Assembly: GCA_002104945.1 (NCBI GenBank) | Contig: MCFH01000069.1 | Location: forward strand, 1 to 64,000 | Direction of reading: 5' to 3' | Origin: Piromyces finnis finn | Taxonomy: Eukaryota; Fungi; Neocallimastigomycota | Length of the DNA: 64,000 bases | Shown: positions 1 through 8,962 of the stretch, in pieces | Position numbering within the stretch: the stretch's first letter is position 1 | Layout of the letters: the number at the start of each line of letters is the position of its first letter | The notes under the pieces: generated by a model | The model's database searches: none | Told to the model about the DNA's origin: nothing | The model's input: only the letters and a program-made list of their open reading frames with translations | Translations under genes and position numbers: made by a program

Positions 1-1690
1 TTATACAACTTCATTTTGATTTTTTGGAGATTAAAAATTTGTTGTGAAATATGAAATGAAGACTTTATAACATTATTTGCTGAAGTAATACTGAGCTCGT
101 CTGCAATTGAAAAAGCAGTTGAAGTAAACTCTTTGGAAAGTTCATCTGTAGAAACATTAGGATCGTTGAATTTTGCTGAAAGTATTTGGAATTTATTATG
201 ACTGAGAATAGATTCCTTTTCCTCAATACATTTTAATCTATTCCATTTCAGAATTTCTTAGGAACATTAAAGTCATTAGAAAAATCTTCCATAGGAATAA
301 TTTTACCATTAATAAGAAGTGGCTTATGGTCTGATACAGGATAAAATTATTTATAAATGATCCTGAGTGAATAAGATCTTTCATCTTCGAATTGATAAGA
401 GCATGGTCAATGTCGGAAGATTGATCACCTCGAGTCCAAGAGATAGTAGACCCTCTAAGCGGAAGAATTTCCCAATCTCCTAATCCATTAGTTGATAACC
501 AGTTGGATAATTTTACTTTAGACATATTAAAATCACCAACAAGAATCGATGGATGGGAAGAATGAGTTTGTAACCACAAGCGAACTTCTAACTTTGCATG
601 ATCAACATAGATGTTGTGATGACTATGAGGCATATAAACATTTCCAATCGAGCATTTGAATCTATTCCAGAGACTAAAAGTATAAATAGAAATAATATAC
701 TTTCCAGAGAAGTTTTCAAGTGAGGCTTGACACGAATTGTGAAAACCTAAATATAAACCTCTCATTCCCGGAACTGATTCGTCAGCTTCTTGAAAAAGTG
801 ACTATAGTTTCGCAAAGTAACACGACTAGGATAATCTGTATTCGATCCAGAACCATTACCAGTTTCTTGGAAACATAAGAATAATGGTTTGAAAATAGCT
901 GTGAAATAGCTAATACTATCTCTCTTTTCATGATTCCACCCATTGGTGTTCCAACTAAGACAAAAAGAAAAGTTATCAGGCTTGTTGGATGAGGAAGAAT
1001 CGTTGCTATTATTATTATTATTAAAGTCATCGTTATTAATGGATGATGCATCAGAGGAATAAGTAGAACTATTACTAGATGGCTGTGAAACTGAAGAACT
1101 ATCAACTATTGAACTGTTATCAGAGTTGATAGAACTATTAGAATTAATTGTTGAATGTTGAGATTGAAATTGTGTTTGCTGTAGATCTGGAATATTTCAT
1201 GATGGGAAACTTGTTGAAGATCCTGTTGAAGATCTTGTTGAAGATCGGATTGTTGATGAGATTGTTGAACTGATTGTTGAACTGATTGTTGAAATGATTG
1301 TTGAATAGAATGTTGATGTTTATTAGAAACTAAAATTTTACGTTTGAGAGTGGAAAAAGTGTATTTGTGATTCCTTCTACTACGAGCTGAAAAGGAAATT
1401 GAGGTAACTGGAAGTTTCTTCTTTAACATGTGTAAGATTTTAATACAATCTTTTGATGAACCATGAACCTTGACTAAGAAAAAGTGATCATTGAAAGTTT
1501 GAAAATATTTAACACTAATAACTGAATTAAATTTATCTTCTAGAATAACCTCGAGTTTTTCCCATAGCATATTTACTGACCATGATCGAATACCACGGAT
1601 AAAGAAGGAGCGAATATCATCTAAGGGGATACCATAAGACCGGGTACCACGTCTGATATAATTCTTATCTTTAATATAAAGGACTGACAT
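1..1690 (-). pseudogene. Frameshifted ORF of retrotransposon copy 1 (split into track ORFs 1106-1690 and 238-765)
   Basis: Same protein as 2491-7014, broken by four 1-bp deletions that all fall in homopolymer runs; real decay or read/assembly error. Confidence 0.7.
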
Positions 1691-2204
1691 GATAATAAAT
1701 TCTAATTAAAAAATATTGAATATAAAATAAATACTAATAAAAATTACAAATATAACGTATATGGAAAAAAAATCTGTCTCTCTCTCTCTTCTTAAAAGTA
1801 CTGGATAGTACAAAAATTGTTACGATGCTTTGTTTAAAGTTTCTTTTTTTTGAATTCTAGTTGTAAATTTTCTTTAAAAATTCTAGTTTTGGTTTGTTGT
1901 TAGTAAATTCGATTCGCTTTTTGACACTAAACTTGTTTGACTTTACTTTTCATTAAATATTTAAATTGGTAAAAAATTTGAATCAAGAATGTCGACACCA
2001 GAAAGCTTGTGAATAGTATTTTTACATGATGTAGAGTGAATCAGTCTCTTACAAGAAACAATACAACAATAGCTACATGAATATAAAAGTACAATGCAAA
2101 TGCTAAAGTTGACTACATTGGATTCTTACAAGAGAAGAGTAGTACTACATGAATACATGAATAAAAGAAAAAATACAGCAACAAAATGTATTACTCTTCT
2201 AATT
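1..2204 (-). mobile_element. Non-LTR retrotransposon copy 1; only its 5' half lies in the window (5'UTR, N-terminus, endonuclease)
   Basis: Positions 1-2216 align with 5333-7539 of copy 2, with roughly 20 substitutions counted by eye, one 12-bp repeat-unit indel and several 1-bp indels. Confidence 0.95.
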
Positions 2205-2214
2205 AAATACTATA

Positions 2215-2216
<2 letters not shown>
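2205..2216 (-). repeat. 12-bp target-site duplication (plus AAATACTATACA) between the copy 2 poly(A) and the copy 1 5' end
   Basis: Identical 12-mer at 2205-2216, 7528-7539 and 7904-7915; abuts the poly(T) at 2217. Confidence 0.8.

Positions 2217-2252
<36 letters not shown>
2217..2252 (-). other. Poly(A) tail of copy 2
   Basis: 36 consecutive T on plus, at the 3' end of the minus-strand element. Confidence 0.85.
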
Positions 2253-2255
<3 letters not shown>

Positions 2256-2477
2256 GGCATCAAATATTTTAAACTTTATTATTAATTTAATTAAAATTAT
2301 AATACATGTAATATAAAAATTAAAATAAAATAAAAATAAAAAAAATATGTTTAAATAAACACAAATGAATAAAAATTGGGTATAATGTATTCTAGTAATT
2401 TTAATTAAAGTAAGAAAGCCACTATCATACTAAAGTATAATAATTGTATTTGACTTCCAATGGGACACCGAGCCAAA

Positions 2478-2511
2478 GATCAAAATTTTGTCATGGAACA
2501 AAATTATGATC
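2478..2511 (-). promoter_or_regulatory. Stem-loop spanning the ORF stop codon (candidate 3' RT-recognition element)
   Basis: gatca/tgatc plus aattttgt/acaaaatt give 13 bp with one mismatch and a 6-nt loop; the stop codon (2491-2493) lies at the loop edge. Confidence 0.45.
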
Positions 2512-5500
2512 TCCATTGGTTGCGCTGGCCCTCCTGGCCTGTCTTACTGTTTCTTCAGCATTGACGCTCTTGGATGTTGCTTCAAACCTTTTGAACATTG
2601 TCCATTGCTGGCCAATAGCAAAAGGCATGATTTTGGTTAGAAGTTCCGCGGTTACCGTCAAGAATGGTGTTCCTTCGTTAGTACCAGATTGAATCTGACG
2701 CTTACAAAGTTCTTTCCATTCCCTTGAATTGTAATTAATATTGTTAAAACTTCTTCCCCCAAGAAGGAATTTAAATATTTTACTGCACACACTAGAATAA
2801 TCATACACATTAATATTCACCGGATTATTAGAACTATTACTATCATTAACTAAATTACTATCTAAATTAGAATTATTATCTTCACTATTGCTATCATTAC
2901 TAATATTATTATTTCTATTATTGTTATTATTACTATTGTTACTATTACTATTGTTACTATTACTATTGTTATTACTACTATTGTTACTATTACTATTAAT
3001 GTTATTACTATCTCTACTGATATTATCAATTTCATTATTATTGATAGGACTATTGGAATTACGTTGACTGAAAAAATTTAATAGCTGGTCTATAGAATCA
3101 TAATGTTTAATACGGATATCTCTAAATGTTGGACAATCTAATAACCAATGTTTAATACTTTGATCTCCACACTTGCAACATGGACAGTAGTTAGGACAAA
3201 CTGGATCAACAAATTTGGCAGCTTTGGCAACTCTAGCATCCAACTTATATCCGCTTCTTGCTTTCAATAGCCAGTAGAAGCCATAGGCAAACTCTGGGTA
3301 CTCATAACATAATTTAATAAAATCTTTAGTTTCAATAAATTTATTATCATCATAATATTGCGCTTTGATTGAATTCCCTTTGAGATCTTTCCAATAAAAG
3401 TTTTTAACTGCTTTAACATCTCCATGTTTCTTTAATTTTTTATCAAGTGTCCTACTTGATTTGCACCACGTGTATTTTCTAAATTTAGGAATGTAATTGA
3501 CAAGGTGTGAGATAATACAATTTGAGTTTTTCCATTTGTTAAAACATCTAACCTGAGCTAACGCACATTTGGCTGACAATGGAGGAATATTCAAATCTTT
3601 TGAAATAGAGTATAAAGATATAAACGATACAGCTTTATGAACTCCGGCAACCCATCGTATTCCTTTGTTAACATGCTTCTGAGCAATCCTAGACCTAGCT
3701 TTGTTGGATCCAAGTAATGGTGCAAAGTATGAAACTCTGCTAATCACTTGTGAGTTAAGTACTAGTTTTTTGAAAGGAATAGGAATATTAGGATTTCTTA
3801 AGAATTTACTGACTGAGAAAAGCCCTTTCAAAACCTTGTTATTAAGAGCTTTAATTACTGGTTTAAGGGACAGATTCTTATCAAATGGAACACCAAGATA
3901 AGTATAACAATCAGTAGTTGGAATGGGTTGTCCTGCTAAGTAAAATGTTGGATCTCTCTTGTTCTGATTTTCTATTGATTCAGGACGAATCACCATCGTT
4001 GAACATTTCTGGATACCAAATTCCATTTCATTATACAATGCCCATTCATTAACTCTTCTAAGCATCTTTTTTAAGCATCCTCTTGTTGGAGCACAAATAA
4101 CTATATCATCTGCAAAAAGTCCACCACAGCATCGAGTGTCACCTAAACTGACTCCTAGATCTTCGCACTCTCTAAATATATCATTAATAAAGAGATTAAA
4201 GAGAATAGGAGAAAGAGGGCAACCTTGACGGACTCCTTTCTTCACATCAAAAGATTTCGAGAATTGTCCATCTAATTTGACATTAGCCTTAGATGTTAAA
4301 TATAAATTTTTGATAAATTGTAGACTCTTACCTCGGATTCCTAAACAATCTAATTTATGGAGAATATTACCGATTGGGACTGAATCGTATGCTTTCCTGA
4401 GATCTAAAAAGGCCAAATATGTCTCTTTATTATCTAATTGACGTCTACGGCATATTTCTTGGATTGAAATGAAAAGACTAATACTTTCTTCCTTTTTTCG
4501 AAAACCAAATTGTTCAGGTCTAATGAAATTATTCTTTAAACCATATTCTGAGATTCTAGTGGTGACAATTTTGGAAATCAACTTAATACCATTATTGATA
4601 AGTGATATACCTCGATAGTTATCACAATCTGTCAAATCACCCTTCTTAGGAATAGAAACAATACTGGATTCATTCCATGAGTTGGGGAAATCTCCATCCC
4701 AAATACGGTAGAATAATTTAAGAATAAAATTTAAACCATGAGCATCATTATCTGAAGTGGTATTACCAGAAGAATTATTATCTGTAGCATTATTAGAATC
4801 ATTACTTGATGGAACTAATGCTTTGTAAAATTCAATTGGAATACCATCCGGACCTGATGCTTTATAATTTGGAGTAGTGAGGATAGCTGACTTGACTTCA
4901 TCAATACTAATATCTTGGTTGATATCCCACTCATCAAGCATAGGAAGTGAAAAACGTTTATTCGTTGGTTCTTCATACCAATGCTCCAAATCAAGACTTA
5001 CACCACTTGGGTCTGATGCAAGATTTTCGAAATGATCATGCCACACATCTAGTTGTTCTTCTGTAGCAACAACTAATTCTCCATTTTTATTTTTAATTGG
5101 TTGAGCAATAAAGAAAGAATCTTTTCCTATTTTTGCAGTTTTCTTGATCCATTTCCAGGCCTTCTTAGGATTATGACTCTTCATATACTCACATCCTGTT
5201 TTAATCCAATGAAGATATTCTTGCTTCCTAAATTCATTACATCTTTTGTGGATGTAATCAATGAGTTTACGGTAGATTTTAATTCTTTTAATAAATTCAT
5301 CTATATCATAAATTCTTTCTTTTTTAAATCTCTTATACAACTTCATTTTGATTTTTTGAAGATTAAAAATTTGTTGTGAAATATGAAATGAAGACTTTAT
5401 AACATTATTTGCTGAGGTAATACTGAGCTCGTCTGCAATTGAAAAAGCAGTTGAAGTAAACTCTTTGGAAAGTTCATCTGTAGAAACATTAGGATCGTTG

Positions 5501-7014
5501 AATTTTGCTGAAAGTATTTGGAATTTATTATGACTGAGAATAGATTCCTTTTCCTCAATACATTTTAATCTATTCCATTTCAGAATTTTCTTAGGAACAT
5601 TAAAGTCATTAGAAAAATCTTCCATAGGAATAATTTTACCATTAATAAGAAGTGGCTTATGGTCTGATACAGGATAAAAATTATTTATAAATGATCCTGA
5701 GTGAATAAGATCTTTCATCTTCGAATTGATAAGAGCATGGTCAATGTCGGAAGATTGATCACCTCGAGTCCAAGAGATAGTCGACCCTCTAAGCGGAAGA
5801 ATTTCCCAATCTCCTAATCCATTAGTTGATAACCAGTTGGATAATTTTACTTTAGACATATTAAAATCACCAACAAGAATCGATGGATGGGATGAATGAG
5901 TTTGTAACCACAAGCGAACTTCTAACTTTGCATGATCAACATAGATGTTGTGATGACTATGAGGCATATAAACATTTCCAATCGAGCATTTGAATCTATT
6001 CCAGAGACTAAAAGTATAAATAGAAATAATATACTTTCCAGAGAAGTTTTCAAGTGAGGCTTGACATGAATTGTGAAAACCTAAATATAAACCTCTCATT
6101 CCCGGAACTGATTCGTCAGCTTTCTTGAAAAAGTGTCTATAGTTTCGCAAAGTAACACGACAAGGATAATCTGTATTCGATCCAGAACCATTACCAGTTT
6201 CTTGGAAACATAAAAATAATGGTTTGAAAATAGCTGTGAAATAGCTAATACTATCTCTCTTTTCGTGATTCCACCCATTGGTGTTCCAACTAAGACAAAA
6301 AGAAAAGTTATCAGGCTTGTTGGATGAGGAAGAATCGTTGCTATTATTATTATTATTAAAGTCATCGTTATTAATGGATGATGCATCAGAGGAATAAGTA
6401 GAACTATTACTAGATGGCTGTGAAACTGAAGAACTATCAACTATTGAACTGTTATCAGAGTTGATAGAGCTATTAGAATTAATTGTTGAATGTTGAGATT
6501 GAAATTGTGTTTGCTGTAGATCTGGAATATTTTCATGATTGGAAACTTGTTGAAGATCTTGTTGAAGATCTAGTTGAAGATCGGATTGTTGATGAGATTG
6601 TTGAACTGATTGTTGAAATGATTGTTGAATAGAATGTTGATGTTTATTAGAAACTAAAATTTTACGTTTGAGAGTGGAAAAAGTGTATTTGTGATTCCTT
6701 CTACTACGAGCTGAAAAGGAAATTGAGGTAACTGAAAGTTTCTTCTTTAACATGTGTAAGATTTTAATACAATCTTTCGATGAACCATGAACCTTGACTA
6801 AGAAAAAGTGATCATTGAAAGTCTGAAAATATTTAACACTAATAACTGAATTAAATTTATCTTCTAGAATAACCTCGAGTTTTTCCCATAGCATATTTAC
6901 TGACCATGATCGAATACCACGGATAAAGAAGGAGCGAATATCATCTAAGGGGATACCATAAGACCGGGTACCACGTCTGATATAATTCTTGTCTTTAATA
7001 TAAAGGACTGACAT
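2491..7014 (-). CDS. Retrotransposon polyprotein: N-terminal RRM-like region, APE (EEP) endonuclease, reverse transcriptase, C-terminal CCHC zinc knuckle
   Basis: EN motifs LSWNTNG, LCFQETG, LVGDFN, SDHKP; RT motifs GPDGIP, NYRGISL, QFGFR, FLDLRKAYDSV, GVRQGCPLSPILFNLFI, LFADD, YLGV; knuckle CPCCKCGDQSIKHWLLDC; no RNase H motifs recognised. Confidence 0.97.
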   Translation of the reverse strand: MSVLYIKDKNYIRRGTRSYGIPLDDIRSFFIRGIRSWSVNMLWEKLEVILEDKFNSVISVKYFQTFNDHFFLVKVHGSSKDCIKILHMLKKKLSVTSISFSARSRRNHKYTFSTLKRKILVSNKHQHSIQQSFQQSVQQSHQQSDLQLDLQQDLQQVSNHENIPDLQQTQFQSQHSTINSNSSINSDNSSIVDSSSVSQPSSNSSTYSSDASSINNDDFNNNNNSNDSSSSNKPDNFSFCLSWNTNGWNHEKRDSISYFTAIFKPLFLCFQETGNGSGSNTDYPCRVTLRNYRHFFKKADESVPGMRGLYLGFHNSCQASLENFSGKYIISIYTFSLWNRFKCSIGNVYMPHSHHNIYVDHAKLEVRLWLQTHSSHPSILVGDFNMSKVKLSNWLSTNGLGDWEILPLRGSTISWTRGDQSSDIDHALINSKMKDLIHSGSFINNFYPVSDHKPLLINGKIIPMEDFSNDFNVPKKILKWNRLKCIEEKESILSHNKFQILSAKFNDPNVSTDELSKEFTSTAFSIADELSITSANNVIKSSFHISQQIFNLQKIKMKLYKRFKKERIYDIDEFIKRIKIYRKLIDYIHKRCNEFRKQEYLHWIKTGCEYMKSHNPKKAWKWIKKTAKIGKDSFFIAQPIKNKNGELVVATEEQLDVWHDHFENLASDPSGVSLDLEHWYEEPTNKRFSLPMLDEWDINQDISIDEVKSAILTTPNYKASGPDGIPIEFYKALVPSSNDSNNATDNNSSGNTTSDNDAHGLNFILKLFYRIWDGDFPNSWNESSIVSIPKKGDLTDCDNYRGISLINNGIKLISKIVTTRISEYGLKNNFIRPEQFGFRKKEESISLFISIQEICRRRQLDNKETYLAFLDLRKAYDSVPIGNILHKLDCLGIRGKSLQFIKNLYLTSKANVKLDGQFSKSFDVKKGVRQGCPLSPILFNLFINDIFRECEDLGVSLGDTRCCGGLFADDIVICAPTRGCLKKMLRRVNEWALYNEMEFGIQKCSTMVIRPESIENQNKRDPTFYLAGQPIPTTDCYTYLGVPFDKNLSLKPVIKALNNKVLKGLFSVSKFLRNPNIPIPFKKLVLNSQVISRVSYFAPLLGSNKARSRIAQKHVNKGIRWVAGVHKAVSFISLYSISKDLNIPPLSAKCALAQVRCFNKWKNSNCIISHLVNYIPKFRKYTWCKSSRTLDKKLKKHGDVKAVKNFYWKDLKGNSIKAQYYDDNKFIETKDFIKLCYEYPEFAYGFYWLLKARSGYKLDARVAKAAKFVDPVCPNYCPCCKCGDQSIKHWLLDCPTFRDIRIKHYDSIDQLLNFFSQRNSNSPINNNEIDNISRDSNNINSNSNNSSNNNSNSNNSNSNNSNNNNNRNNNISNDSNSEDNNSNLDSNLVNDSNSSNNPVNINVYDYSSVCSKIFKFLLGGRSFNNINYNSREWKELCKRQIQSGTNEGTPFLTVTAELLTKIMPFAIGQQWTMFKRFEATSKSVNAEETVRQARRASATNGDHNFVP

Positions 7015-7527
7015 GATAATAAATTCTAATTAAAAATATTGAATATAAAATAAATACTAATAAAAATTATAAATATAACGTATATGGAAAAAAAATCTGT
7101 CTCTCTCTCTCTTCTTAAAAGTACTGGATAGTACAAAAATTGTTACGATGCTTTGTTTAAAGTTTCTTTTTTTTGAATTCTAGTTGTAAATTTTCTTTAA
7201 AAATTCTAGTTTTGGTTTGTTGTTAGTAAATTCGAATCGCTTTTTGACACTAAACTTGTTTGACTTTACTTTTCATTAAATATTTAAATTGGTAAAAAAT
7301 TTGAATCAAGAATGTCGACACCAGAAAGCTTGTGGATAGTATTTTTACATGATGTAGAGTGAATCAGTCTCTTACAAGAAACAATACAACAATAGCTACA
7401 TGAATATAAAAATACAATGCAAATGCTAAAGTTGACTACATTGGATTCTTACAAGAGAAGAGTAGTACTACATGAATACATGAATAAAAGAAAAAATACA
7501 GCAACAAAATGTATTACTCTTCTAATT

Positions 7528-7539
7528 AAATACTATACA
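7528..7539 (-). repeat. 12-bp target-site duplication at the 5' junction of copy 2
   Basis: AAATACTATACA; similarity to the array unit at 7904 onward stops exactly at the left edge of this 12-mer. Confidence 0.8.
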
Positions 7540-7549
7540 AACTTACCTG
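7540..7549 (-). promoter_or_regulatory. Consensus 5' splice donor CAG|GTAAGT (second copy at 7916-7925)
   Basis: Plus aacttacctg reads caggtaagtt on minus; directly adjacent to the 12-mer; use as a donor is unproven. Confidence 0.45.
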
Positions 7550-8250
7550 AATATCAAACATTCAACTTATTCATCAAATACTTAATTCGATGAATAAAAT
7601 GTTTTTTAATCGCTCAGTACCATGAGCTTAATCCTAATAATTTTCCCTTAAAGACTAACCAAGCATCCATTGCGCAATGCTTGGATTTAATTCTTTCTAC
7701 TCTCTCAGTACCATGAGCATGAGTAGACCCCCTTGATAAACTCCATTATTAAATAAATGAAGGCACGTTCCTAAGAGGGCACCAAGCATCCATTGCGCAA
7801 TACTTGGATTTAATTCTTTCTACTCTCTCAGTACCATGAGCATGAGTAGACCCCCTTGAGAAACTACATTTATTAAATAAATGAAGGCACGTTCCCAAGA
7901 GGGAAATACTATACAAACTTACCTGAATATCAAACATTCACTTATTCATCAAATACTTAAATTTGATGAATAAAATGTTTTTTAATCGCTCAGTACCATG
8001 AGCTTAGTCCTAATAATTTTCCCTTGAAGACTAACCAAGCATCCATTGCGCAATGCTTGGATTTAATTCTTTCTACTCTCTCAGTACCATGAGCATGAGT
8101 AGACCCCCTTGAGAAATTACATTTATTAAATAAATGAAGGCACATTCCTAAGAGGGCACCAAGCATCCATTGCGCAATACTTGGATTTAATTCTTTCTAC
8201 TCTCTCAGTACCATGAGCATGAGTAGACCCCCTTGAGAAACTACATTTAT
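7540..8250 (-). ncRNA. Putative structured RNA of unknown class encoded by the array
   Basis: Several stems per unit; A-C mismatches on plus become G-U pairs on minus; possible GUGCC/GGUAC loop pairing. No family assigned. Confidence 0.4.
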
Positions 8251-8252
8251 AG

Positions 8253-8438
8253 ATAACTATATCATCTGCAAAAAGTCCACCACAAATGTAATTGACAAAG
8301 TATGATATAATACAATTTGAAATCACCATCATTGAACATTTCTGGATACCAAATTCATATGGAACATGAGACTACGATATTAGCCTTAAATAAAAAATTT
8401 TGATGAATTGTAAACTCTTACCTCGGATTCCTAAACAA
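8253..8438 (-). mobile_element. Mosaic of short fragments of the retrotransposon ORF
   Basis: 8253-8284 = 4097-4128 (32/32); 8285-8320 matches 3490-3525 (33/36); 8321-8356 matches 3988-4023 (35/36); 8379-8438 matches 4282-4348 (with a deletion). Confidence 0.85.
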
Positions 8439-8962
8439 AGCACATTTTCGCCCTCTTTAAAATAAATAGACCAATATTTAACCCAATAAAAATTTTTTAT
8501 TCTATCTTTCCTGGGTCTTTATTATATTTCTAATAATTTCAAATAAACTCAGTAAGAATGATTCCTTGTTCATCTTTTATTTCCTACTTACTATTCTTCC
8601 CAAAAAAACACCTATATTAAACATTTAATTTACACTCCTTAAACACATCTTTTTTATTTGGTTATATATTATAATATATATTTTATTTAAATATATTTAA
8701 TTATACCTTATATTAAAACAATAAAATTTTAATATAAAGTGATAATAAAATACATAATGATTAATAATTATAAATAATTAATGACAATTTAAATTTGCGA
8801 ATGCTTAAATGATAAATAAATAATTAGATATAATTTATGATAATAATAGTTATTAAAATTATTAAATGTCCAAAAATTTATAAATTTTCTGATTAAATAT
8901 AATAATAATATAAAGTATAATAAGTCGTTATATAAAGATTTTATCTATCATAATTTTAAAAT

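Larger units (their letters stand above)
2217..7527 (-). mobile_element. Apparently full-length non-LTR (LINE-type, APE-RT) retrotransposon copy 2, about 5.3 kb
   Basis: About 510 bp 5'UTR, one 1507-aa ORF, about 240 bp 3'UTR, 36-nt poly(A) (T36 at 2217-2252), flanked by identical 12-mers. Confidence 0.95.
7528..8250 (-). repeat. Two-level tandem array: two units of about 376 bp (7528-7903; 7904-8250, truncated), each a 131-bp head plus two 123-124 bp sub-repeats (starting 7659, 7782, 8035, 8159)
   Basis: Direct comparison shows near-identical heads and four copies of ccaagcatccattgcgcaat...gagtagacccccttga. Confidence 0.95.

Noticed and set aside
238-1690. Programmed frameshifting or a two-ORF layout in copy 1
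   Set aside because: All breaks are 1-bp homopolymer deletions relative to intact copy 2, which is better explained by decay or sequencing error.
7360-7490. Short internal repeats in the 5'UTR (tcttacaaga; ctacatgaata)
   Set aside because: Short and A/T-rich; they may be promoter elements but nothing more can be supported.
7540-7700. U1 snRNA gene on plus (ACTTACCTG start; CCATTGCGC loop resembling the U1A site AUUGCAC)
   Set aside because: No U1-70K loop (GAUCACGAAG), no convincing Sm site, wrong spacing, and the G-U bias favours the opposite strand. An Rfam RF00003 search would settle it.
7659-8250. Known ribozyme or riboswitch (hammerhead CUGAGAG..GAAA, twister UCCCAAG/GAGGG, HDV-like, TPP CUGAGA)
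   Set aside because: Only isolated words match; the required cores and stem order could not be assembled.
782-8332. Small overlapping ORFs (782-1105, 2094-2285, 3701-3901, 5101-5379, 6096-6440, 7749-7937, 8126-8332)
   Set aside because: Alternative-frame or antisense shadows of the element, its poly(A) or the array.
7528-8438. CRISPR-like array (palindromic repeats plus 32-36 bp foreign pieces)
   Set aside because: The pieces abut each other instead of alternating with repeats, the repeats are over 120 bp, there are no cas genes and the context is eukaryotic.
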